From Lepidodermella squamata (lineage: Eukaryota; Animalia; Gastrotricha), in NCBI GenBank assembly GCA_047495785.1, contig JBLDXI010000013.1:2294001-2358000 (forward strand): DNA of 64,000 nt, written 5' to 3'. A program made the position numbers and the translations under genes. Under the pieces are notes generated by a model that worked only from the letters and a program-made list of their open reading frames with translations, made no database searches and had not been told where the DNA came from. Shown piece after piece: positions 28,382-38,960 of this stretch; position 1 is the first letter of the stretch; the number at the start of each line of letters is the position of its first letter.

Positions 28382-29652
28382 ATGACTATCATTGCTTTTG
28401 TGTTCATCCTATTCGCTTTGAAAATCAGGATCCATGCTGCAGAGATATGCGCCGAAGAAGAGATGTGCAGTTATTTAGTCAGCAATTGTCGCTATCTATC
28501 CAGTCCAAAATCCCGTCCTGTTGTCAACCAAACTCAGTCAGTTCAAGTCACGTTAGAATTAAACCTAAGACGCCTATTGGAAATGAACGATCTTCAGCAA
28601 AAGTGATCAAAGGAATCCAATTCATGTTTGAAAGTTTTATGCATTTTATGTTAAGAATGTCTCTTCAAGCTGTGGTGGGCGTGTATTGGCAACTACCAGA
28701 ATGCGGGCGATGGGGCGTGAACTCCGGGAACAACTTCAGCAACTTGTCAAGCGATGCTCTCTCTGTGGCGTCATGTTCATTTTCGACAAGTGAAATATGG
28801 CATCCTGAAATTTCTGTTTGCAACGCCATATCAGAAGTTTCGACAGCTATTAACTCGTACTCGGGCGACAAATTGACTCTTTATGCGAATGGGTGGGTGC
28901 GACAATTCGCGCCTGGTAGATACGATGTCGTGTGTAACTTCAATTTCAGGGTAGGAATAGTATATATAGCTTACGATATCATACATTTACCATTTCACCT
29001 ATCAAAGGCATTTCCTTTCGATAAACAATCTTGCAATATTGAGTTATGTTCCCCTGCGACGCCTTATGAACTGGCTTTCAATACTACAAGAGTAATTTTC
29101 CTTGAGAACTACCTCAAAGACACAGAATTCATCTCAGATGCCGACGTGTGGGAGCGTATTAACAACGAAGTCGATGCGCCAAGAGCCGTTTATAGCATCG
29201 CTAGATTCTGGTTCCACTTCAAACGCCGGCCGCAACACTTTGTTCTGACTATCTTCATTCCTCTAGGCTTGCTAATGGGGCTACAGTTTGCAGCTCTAAT
29301 TTTGCCACCAACTATGCCGGATAGAGCTGGATATTCAATTACTACAGTACTGGCCTATCAAGTCTCGGAGCAGTTATTCACAGCTAACATTCCTCAAACC
29401 TCACAACCCGTTTATCTATTCTTTTACGTTCAAGCTAACATGGCAATAGGAGTTTTATTGACTATCTACGTCCTGCTCTCATGCACTCTAGCCAGGATGG
29501 ATAGGTTCAAAAAAGCTGGAAAACTATGTGCAAGCATTTCAAACATTCGAATGATGGACTTGATTTTCGGAACCTTCTGTTTTCTGTTGTTAGCATTTCT
29601 TAATATTTTATTCTATAGGCTCATTGCTAATTACGAGAATGTAGAAAATTAA
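28382..29652 (+). CDS. Divergent Cys-loop ligand-gated ion channel subunit (introns 28603-28655, 28951-29007)
   Basis: Signal peptide, RPV.N, IWHPEI. Removing the in-frame 57-bp intron gives the Cys-loop CNFNFRAFPFDKQSC (C-x13-C). FKRRP precedes four TM helices with M2 DRAGYSITTVLA. Confidence 0.9.
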
Positions 29653-29681
29653 TGTTAATCACAACATTTGACTGAAAAAAG

Positions 29682-31612
29682 TTAAAATAGCGAAAGCGAA
29701 GCAAGCAAAGCGATTGTTGGAATAAAATGGAAGCCCGGCATAATCGAGGTGGCCGAATTTCGGAAACCGCATGTTTCGCTCGGCAAGGGTTCAGAACCCA
29801 GCTTCTGGCACACGTCCATTTGTGATTGAGCTCGAATCAATATTTCTGAGTCGTCGTAAAATGTTTGCATTCCCATCATAAAAACGTTGTCACTAGCGAC
29901 GCAAGGATCGCCAAATAAGTTAAACTTTTTCATATTGTTGTAGCATGCCGAAGAGCAGCCTTTGGCAGGATAGGATTCCATGCATCCACAGTCCTGCACG
30001 AGTTTGGCGAGGTCCTCGGGCACTGGTTTTCCAGGCTTTGCCCCAAATTTGCTGTAGAAATCGTTGAAGGTGCACCCACGCGCACCCCATGGTTCAGTTG
30101 GCAGCCCCATTTGTTCGCAGTAATCCAAGTCGCCCAAACTCGCCGGCATCATGTAGTTCAAATTATACGGCCTTGGGTAGACTATCAGACGAATCAAAGT
30201 TTGAGAATAATACGCTGGCGAAAATTAAATGCTTACCATCGATAAAATAGTAACACATCTCATCAGCTGTTTGTGAGCCAAAGAAGGACCAGGTATTTTT
30301 GTTCTCCGTATTGTAGCCGCAAGTGAAGGTCAGCTCATCCCCTGCTTCGAGGATAATTTGATGATCTCCAGTCCAAAGCGCGGTTTTCGGCTTATCATAA
30401 GTGATCGCTTCATCAACGAGAACTATCGAATAACCTGCCTTTTTCTTGTTCAACACCAAACGGCCGAAGCTTCCCTGTTTATGAATGTGCATCAGAAGAG
30501 ACACCATGCGTAAAGGCTGGTTGGGCCTAAGCAATTGTCGCGTGCACTGGGATGACATTTTATTTGTCACGCGGTAGTTCTGCATATTGGGTGGGATTTT
30601 CAGCAACATGTCGCCAAAGGCTATCAAACCCTTGTTTTGAGGCCGTTTCTTCTTCTGATAGTAAAATCTGATGCCAGAAGAATCAACGTACCCGGGCTTG
30701 CGTTGGTCGTTGTTGTAGTGGTGCTGCAATGTCATAGTGGTGTAGTGACCTTTGCCGAAGGGTGCCCCAAATTCGGCAGAATAACACTGACCTGCGATTC
30801 CATAGGCCCAAACGATAATCATCGATGGGCAATATTCAGGAACCATTCGACACTTTTTCGGCTCTTTGAACGGCAGTTCGCTTGGATTTTTAAACGAATA
30901 TTCACAGCCATATAAAATCATATGGTGCAGTATTTCGCGATTATCAATTATCGGTTCCCACTAAGAATTACAAATTGAATACTCACTAATTTTAAGGATA
31001 ATTCTTTCAAGAATGACATACCGCAATGATTTCGTATTCTTCATCGGATGGAATGTCAAAAATTTGGCAGATGTATTGCGTTTCTTCGTCCGAAAGCTTG
31101 GCCTTGTCAAACGTGAAAATTTTCTGATATACTCCCGGCTTGTTAAGATCAGGGCAATTCGCCAAAGGAGCAGGCGTTGTCTTTCCTAAAGCTGCACAGC
31201 TTTGCAGAAACGTGTTTTTCTCCAGGCATTGCGGTGAATCTATTGGCTCGCAGATTCCAGGGTGGCTGATCAGTTTGGGGTCAGTTATTGCTGGGGTTGA
31301 ACCTGTAGTCCAAACGCAATTGGGATCCCCCAGCTCCTGGCCGTTCGTCTTGCCATCGCCATCGCTGTCCAGTTTGCAAAAGTCAGTGGTCCAAACTTTT
31401 CCAGCTTTGAAAAAGTCGGAGCCAAATGGATTCCTGGGACCACCCCCACGAGGATCCTGATGCCCTACGCCCTGCCAAATTGAGGAAGGTTCGCAAGGGT
31501 CGGGAACGTTGTCCCCATTCGGTATAGCTGTCTGAAGTGATTTGAATGCGGCAGAGAACTGCAACACGGGAATTGCCACACATAGAACTGAAAACAGAAT
31601 TTTGGAGAGCAT
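29682..31612 (-). CDS. Temptin-domain copper monooxygenase, copy F
   Basis: Signal peptide, temptin motifs, ILHHM, LQHHY, MHIH, ADEMC, tail NSATSIMPGFHFIPTIALLASLSLF. Confidence 0.87.
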
Positions 31613-32140
31613 GTTGATTTCTGTGGTATATGCTGCTTCTTTTACTTTATCTTCTCTCCTTCCTTATATAGCTTTTATCTCCAGCTTTTAATGTCTGAAT
31701 AAGAAAAAAGAACAGCTTTGTAATTGCAAGGCTCATTTATCTCCACAGTATCAGGTGATACTAACCTGTGTTGTGGTATGCTAAAAGGCGTGTTGCTAGC
31801 GAATAAATCATATTATCAAAGTTGAAAGACGTGGGGCGTGTTTGAGCATCTGTTGCAAGCAATATTCCCGCTCTATTAAGATAGGAAACATTCTAAACAC
31901 CTACACCATGCACTACTGGTTTTTCATGATTCATGAACGAGAATATCTCATTTCAGACCTTCTGCGGTCCGTGACTGATCATCTCTATGGTTGGGTAAAG
32001 CGTCACGATGCATAGACTAGACTGCCAATCCACTCTTTTCGCATGACATTGAAGAATATCAAAGCGGTCCAGGCTAAGTACAAGTGAAGTTTTTTGAATA
32101 CCAGAACTCCAGATCCAACCAGTCGTTTTTCTGCGGAATT

Positions 32141-32186
32141 CATAGAGAACAGAAGTACATTCTGTAATGTACTTCTGTTCTCTATG
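32141..32186. mobile_element. 46-bp minimal MITE (two 21-bp TIRs, 8-bp target-site duplication)
   Basis: CATAGAGAACAGAAGTACATT-ctgt-AATGTACTTCTGTTCTCTATG, flanked by GCGGAATT at 32133-32140 and 32187-32194. Confidence 0.75.
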
Positions 32187-32198
32187 GCGGAATTGAAT

Positions 32199-32507
32199 CG
32201 AATCGAAAGCTGAAGAATCGCAAATCCACGTTTAATGGTGGATCTTTGATTAACCATTTGGACTGCACAGAAACTTTGAAGATTGCTAACCAGTAGACGA
32301 GCCAATGTTCTTCATTAGTCGCATCTAGCTGATTCCGGCCTTGGGACCGGTTCCAAGCAGAGGCTTGGAAGGTCTTTACAATGCATTGCCCTCAGGAAGA
32401 ATGAATCAGCTAGATGCTAGCAATCTTCAAAGTTTCTGTGCAGTCCAAATGGTTGATCAAAGATCCACCATTAAACGTGGATTTGTGATTCTTCAACTTT
32501 CCATTCG
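32199..32507. repeat. Long imperfect inverted repeat (foldback)
   Basis: 32199-32288 pairs with ~32417-32507 with few mismatches; 32321-32335 pairs with 32403-32417. Confidence 0.8.
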
Positions 32508-33230
32508 GTCCAGGCTAGGTTTAATACCACGATAAAACTGTATCGAGGCTAAATTTAAAACGTTGAAAATCGGGAAAAGACTTGCCTGTGCAGAATACAA
32601 AGCTATTTAAAAGCCTCCCTAGCCTCTTCCTGACATTGTACCTGGCAACACGTCGAATCTACGTCCATATGGTGAGTTTTGTTGAGTTCTCGGAATCGCC
32701 GTAAGTTCGGACCCGTCGAGTTGAAGCAGATTCCTCCATTTCCTAGATATTCGGCAACCAACGATGCTATGACGCTCAACTCGAAGTAGTCCGGATCAAT
32801 GTTGAACAGTACCTATGAATGAATCAACTTGCCTCGAGATAGTGGCCTTCACAAGAATAGCAGGAAATTTGAATTTCCTGCGCGACTTTTTGCTTTTGGA
32901 CATTGTTCCTGCAAACCGGAAGCAAGTTGTATTGGTACTTCCGCGCATGGAAATTTCCGCACGTGGTTTTTCCGCGGAGACCTCGCGATAGATTCCAAGA
33001 CATTGAATATAATTCTTAAGATTGAATATACTTGCGCTAATGATCCCTGTGCGGAAATATACACGAGCGGATCTTGCGGCGCAGAAGTACCACAAAATCA
33101 CTTGAGAAAACTCCAAAGATAGGATATATGGCATTTAAATACATTTTTCAAAAATTGTGTCGGGAAAAGAGTTTTACGCAAGCGTTTGTATCAAATTGTC
33201 ACATTTTGCTGGGAGCTCCAGCTAAAAGGG

Positions 33231-35670
33231 TTATGAAGGCTGGAACATTTGATGAATCAAAGCGATTGCTAGGATAACCAAGAAGGCCGGCTTTATATCA
33301 TTTGCGGAATTCAGCGCATAGCAAGTTTGGCTCGGCAACGGTTCCGAAGAAAGTTTTTGGCACGCGGCCATTTGTGATTGAGCGCGTATTACTTCTTCCG
33401 AGTCATCGTAAAACACCTGCATTCCTAACACAAAAACGCTGTCGCTGGCCACGCATGGGTCGCCAAACAGCTGGTACTTCTTCATCGCGTTGTAGCATGT
33501 CGATGAGCAGCCTTTGGCAGGGTACGTTTCCTTACAACCACAACTTTGCAGCAGTGCATCGAGGGTCGCGGGCGCTGGCTTGCCAAACATCGCCCCGAAT
33601 CGGGCGAAGAAACCAATGAAATTGCACCCACGAACGATCCATGGCTGTCCTGGATCGGGAAACTTTTCGCAGTAATCAATGTTACCCAGACTAGTCGAAA
33701 AAATGTAGTTCTGGCCTAGCGGTCTCGGATAAACTGTAAAATGAAATGTAGTATAAATCAATTAAAAATCCGATTTATACTGACCATCAATCAAAAAGTA
33801 GCACATTTCATCGGAAGTTTTGGATCCGAAGAAAGTCCAGTCCTTCTTGTTCTCGGTATTGAAACCACAAGTGAGAGACAGTTCATCGCCAGGCTCGATG
33901 ATTATTTGATGGTCACCAGTCCATTGCGCAGTTTTTGGCTTGTCATACGTTATCGCTTCATCCATGAGAATAATCGAATAACCAGCCCTCTTTTTGCGCA
34001 AAACAAACCGGCCGTAGCTTCCCTGCTTGTGGATATGCATTAACAGCGAAACCATGTGATATGGCTGGTCAGGTACAAGAAATTTTCGGGTGCATTGCGA
34101 CGTCATTCCGCTGGTGACACGATAACTCTGCATATTCGGCGGGATTTTCAGCAACATGTCGCCGAAAGCTAACAAGCCCTTATTTTGCGGCCGTTTCTTT
34201 TTCTGGTAGCAAAACCTGATGCCAGAGGAATCGACCAGTCCTGCTTTACGTTGGTCATTCGTATAGTGATGCTGCATAGTCATTGTTGAGTAGTGTCCTT
34301 TGCCGAAGGGAGCCCCAAATTCGGTAGAATAACATTGACCCTCGATGCCATAGGCCCACACAATAATCATGGATGGGCAGTATTCAGGAACAATACGACA
34401 CGTCTTCGGCTCTTTGAACGGTAGGTCGCTTGGATTTTGAAACGGATATTCGCAGGCATATAAACTCATGTGATGCAGGATTTCTCGATTGTCGATGATC
34501 GGCTCCCACTGTGAAGATCAACATTTGTTTAAATATTGTTTTGCATTCGACGGCTAATTTCGGATTCACACGTCGGAACCTTTGCACACTTCAAAGTTGC
34601 CCTGCTATAATCGGCTAAAATTTGGAATTTACGATGAAAAACGGCCTTGAAACTGCTGCTTTTTATCATTTCTTTTTCAAAGCGAACTTTGAGGACTAGA
34701 AGGGCATGCCGCTTACTCTAACCCTAGGTCTTAACGTAAGTGAGTAGGATGAACATTTCCGTAAGACGGAAGTTTTGCAAAAAACTGTTGCTAATACACT
34801 TGAATTCATATTCATCGAGATCTCTGGCAGTATTCAGCCAATTTCCACCAATACTAAATCCGCAATTTTGTGAATTTTGGTGCGCTACAGTAGCAAAGTT
34901 GACTTATGGGGTCTCCCAAGCTTAACTGGCTGCTCATTAGGATTTCTAATTACGTTTCAATCTTAAGAAGACTCTATTTCAAGTTATATGTCCACCGAGT
35001 CAGCGGCTCGCCGCAAAACAAGTACCAACTCGAGCGGGCATTGCAAGAATCCCTGATCTATGAGCTGATTGGGCATCTTTCCATACTTACCGCAATAATT
35101 TCGTACTCTTCATCGGATGGCACATCGAAAATCTGGCACATGTATTGCGTTTCCTGATCTGTCAACTTGACTTTGTCAAAAGTGAAACTCTGCTGATAAA
35201 TCCCAGGTTCGTTTAGACCTGGGCAACCTGCAAGTGGATTAGGCGTCGTCTTCCCTAGAGCTGCACAGCTTTGCAGGAACGTGTTTTTCTCCAGGCATTG
35301 CGGTGAATCTATTGGCTCACAGATTCCAGGGTGACTGATCAGTTTGGGGTCAGTTATTGCTGGGGTTGAACCAGTAGTCCAAACGCAATTGGGATCCCCC
35401 AGCTCCTGGCCGTTCGTCTTGCCATCGCCATCGCTGTCCAGTTTGCAAAAGTCAGTGGTCCAAACTTTTCCAGCTTTGAAAAAGTCAGAGCCAAACAGGT
35501 TCCTGGGACCACCCCCACGAGGATCCTCGTGTCCTACACCCTGCCAGATCGAGGCAGGTTCGCATGGATCGGGAACATTGTCTCCATTTGGAATAGCTGC
35601 TTATAGAGATTTGAATGCGGCAGAGAACTGCAAGAAACAATAGAGCAATAAATGGTAATTTTGAGAGCAT
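33231..35670 (-). pseudogene. Temptin-domain copper monooxygenase copy G, probable recent pseudogene
   Basis: The ATG at 35670 is out of frame with the temptin domain, and an in-frame TAA at 35603-35601 replaces Gln of copy F (FKSL*AAIPNG vs FKSLQTAIPNG). Downstream exons are open with all Cu ligands. Confidence 0.75.
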
Positions 35671-36177
35671 TCTGCGATGTGGGTCTTCCCCCTTGTCCTC
35701 AGCTTATATAGTATCATAGAAACAGACTTATCTGAAACGTTTGTTTGAATAGTAACTCACATCTGCAACTATGGCGTTTTATCTTTATCTTTCATGTCAT
35801 GTGATTAGGGACTTCAGTGCAGGAAGTATCTCAGCATGAATAACCTTTTTGCTACGATTTATTATCTCCCCGGACAACAGGAGATTACATTCTATAGCTA
35901 GCCAGAGAGAAATGAAATCCTCCTCCCAGATTTGAAACCGTGAGCGAGCTTGGCGAGTTTCTACATATTTTTGCATATTTTACAGATTGTTTTCCTATTT
36001 CTCTCACAATTAACGAAAGAGCAGTCTTTGATACTGGCCATTTAATCGAACAAATTGATTACGCATAGATGAAAACGTAAATATTTGAAGAATGAAGAAA
36101 CATGCAATTTGCAATGGCTTCAGTCCACACCGCAGTAGAACATTTTTTAATCACAAAATTTGAATAATCAAAATGAG

Positions 36178-36460
36178 TTAAAGTAGCGAAGCAAGCAAAG
36201 CAAAACGAAGCAATTGTTGGAATAAAAAGGAAGGCCTGCATCATCGAGGTGGCCGAATTTCGGAAACCACATGTTTCGCTCGGCAAAGGTTCAGAACCCA
36301 GCTTCTGGCACACATTCACTTGGGATTGAGCCCGAATTAATATTTCCGAGTCGTCGTAGAATGGCTGCATTCCCATCATGAAAACATTGTTGCTAAGCGA
36401 CGCAGGGATCACCAAATAAGTTGAACTTTTTCATATTGTTGTAGCACTTCGATGAACACC
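36178..36460 (-). pseudogene. Truncated remnant of the last exon of a copy-F-like monooxygenase
   Basis: Near-identical to ~29682-29960 (FYDDSEILIRAQSQ..CQKLGSEPLPSETCGFRNSATS), with a 1-nt insertion near 36395 and no upstream exons. Confidence 0.85.
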
Positions 36461-36979
36461 CGTTAACGCCCGGACAATGTTAAAGAAGCGAGGCTTTTCA
36501 TCATTTTTTATTTCCTAAGTTGGAGCTGATACAGAAATATATTAGATTAGTTCATCATCCGCTTTGAAGTAAACGTTAATCAATAACGTCGATAACTGAA
36601 AAATATTTAATAGGATAAAACAAGAACCGGTCTGTTTGAATTGAAAATTAAAACAAAAGAATGCCAGCATTAGAATTTGTTTTTAAGGTATTACGCAAGA
36701 TATTTTAAGAAGCGGAATTTTTTTGAAGATTTTTTTCAGAAAAATAACCGGATTTTCCTGAGTATATGGTCAGCCATATTTAAAGCAAATGAATACTATA
36801 GTTATTAGGAAGATCAAGACCTGCTTTTTCCTCTAAACTAATCCTGGTAGATCAATACCAGTTGAATTCTTTCAAAGAATGTATGTAAGTGATAGAAAAT
36901 ATTGCAAAATAGAGTGAGACTGCTTTCAAAGCAGCTTTCAGCTTTCATCGAAATCGGCTCGCGAGACCTGCTCGATTTT

Positions 36980-37622
36980 TCAGTTGTTACGTGCAACGCA
37001 ACGAACATGACGGCGCTTGTTAGCCATTTGGCGGAATCGACGACCGCATTTCTCACATTGGAACGGGTAAACATCCGCATGGATCAGGCCATGCAGGGAC
37101 AAACTTTAAAAAATAACCGCAAATTTACCTTAAAATTCTGAAATATAATAAAATAAATTACTTGTGTTGACGTGTAAATCCTTTCCCGCAAATTTTGCAC
37201 TTGTAAGGTTTTATTGGGTTTCCACGGACCTTGGCCTCTAATTTCGGACTGTTGACAGCTTCGTCAATTGACAGGCAATTGGGACTGCCACTTCCGTCCG
37301 AACGTTGGCCCATACTCGAGTGGAAACACTCGGCTTCTTCCTCCTTTTTAATTTCGACCGAACCCTCGGGTGTCAGACATTTTTCGGCCTCCTGTTGCTG
37401 CCAAGTTGGGACCGAAAAATTCAGCGAGAACATGGCTTGCTGTTGCCATAGCAAAACTCGCTGAATATTGGCCGCCAGCTCATCCGTGTGCTTTTCAATG
37501 CAGTGCTGTAACAGGTGGAAATCATCCCTCAGGTACAGCCCACAGCTTCGGCAAGCGATGTCGCCAACTTTAAAGGCGCCGCTTGAATAAAGATCGACAA
37601 TAAGTTTGTAATAATTGTCCAT
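36980..37622 (-). CDS. C2H2 zinc-finger protein (2 exons)
   Basis: N-terminal finger CRSC...HCIEKH. KPYKCKICGKGFTRQH|NLSLHGLIH-ADVYPFQCEKCGRRFRQ...H is joined across an intron ending at 37104. Confidence 0.8.
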
Positions 37623-38415
37623 TTATGCTGCTAGAAACGTGAAAGTTGAAAAAATAAGTAAATTGCCTTTAGGTGGTTGTTTTTTATTTTTCGGGAGTTT
37701 TAAGACAAAAAGTAACTTTTAAGTCGCAGCCGTTGTGTTTCATGTGGAGCCAGTGGTTTTCATTTGGTATATAGGTATATTATTAATCAGCCTCTGGTTA
37801 CAGAAGCAGGTGGCTGATGAGAACGGCAAATCCGTGGTGTTATTGTAGCAAAAAACCCACCTTCAAATTTCACTCAGAGCGTTTTTGTCGACCTGTTATA
37901 TGCTTTTCTTTGTCTAACGTCTGCTTTATCCCGTGACGCATGTAACGGCAATATAACAAAAAAATATATTTGCCCTAGGTTGAGCGATGTTTGACACTAT
38001 TCACGCGGCAGCTCTTTCGTAATATTATAAGAAATAATAATAAAAAAAGTATATTACACGTGAATTGGCAGGTTTCCGTCTTCAAAGATCACCAGTCAAC
38101 GGGCTGTTGAAAAAAAACTAGGTGAACTCTCGCCGCTAAAAAAACTTCTAGATAATATGGTCATTCTTTCGTCTACTCGTTTAAATTACAAAAGTCGCGT
38201 TGAATTTTTCCCTACTTTTTTTATTTACAATCGGCAGTGACGGCTTTCACATTTAGGAGGAGAAAAAAATCGGGGATGTAAATCAATTTTTATCACACTA
38301 CCGCTTTGAATCGATAGTGGGCTTTTTCGAGAGACAAGAAAAAATGTCGCTAATTACTTTAGTCAATCATGAGTTGTTGAGCTGTTAAGTCTGTTATTTT
38401 GTTACTATTTTTCTA

Positions 38416-38960
38416 CTACTTGGGGCAGCAGCACGTGCAGAAGAAGCTGATGTCGTATTGGCGCTCGCTTGCTTGACGAACGCGGCACTCGTCAGCGTCC
38501 CATAGTGGCGGACCGCCCAGGAAAACCGGGTCGGTGAAGATGGTCGGACCGGTGGGCGCATTGGGCGGGGGCTGGACCGGTTGAGGCTTGGTGCCCTTCG
38601 GAGGAGCCTGGCCAGGGATCCATGGCGGCGGGTTGACAAGGCCTAAAACAGCAAAATTATGAACATCTATTTGTTTAATTTTGAAATTTTCAACAAACCT
38701 GGACGGTTGAAGCAGAAGCACGTGCACTGGCCCTTTTGGCTCCAGGTCGACGGCACGGTGTTGTTGCCAGGCTTGGCGGTGGTGGTTGTCACGACGGAAG
38801 CCTGGAAGCCCTGGCCTGCCTTGGTTGTAGCGGCGCCCGCTTTCTGGGTAGCGGCTGGCGTCGCCTCGGGGTAGTCCTCGTAGCCTTCGTATTCGTCGGA
38901 AGGCGTGGTTGCAGCCATGGCCGCGACGGCCATGAGCGCCAATACGAGGATTCGCAGCAT
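38416..38960 (-). CDS. Orphan secreted protein: acidic Tyr segment, Thr/Ala linker, CTCFC...Pro-rich...CTCCC domain
   Basis: Signal MLRILVLALMAVAAMA; phase-1 intron joins CFNRP to GLVNPPPW; GC-biased codons; TATA-like element near 39061-39066. Confidence 0.75.

Noticed and set aside
32600-33134. Possible minus-strand gene fragment (VLFNIDPDYFELSV...CCQVQCQ)
   Set aside because: I could not build a consistent exon chain or recognise a domain.
13965-35670. Copper enzymes as chitin-active LPMOs, given nearby chitinases
   Set aside because: Predicted mature N-termini do not begin with His (no histidine brace); the ligand set is the two-copper DBH/PHM type.
13965-35670. Naming the array DBH, TBH or MOXD1
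   Set aside because: No DOMON domain and only one PHM-like core with an unrelated C-terminus; orthology cannot be supported by eye.
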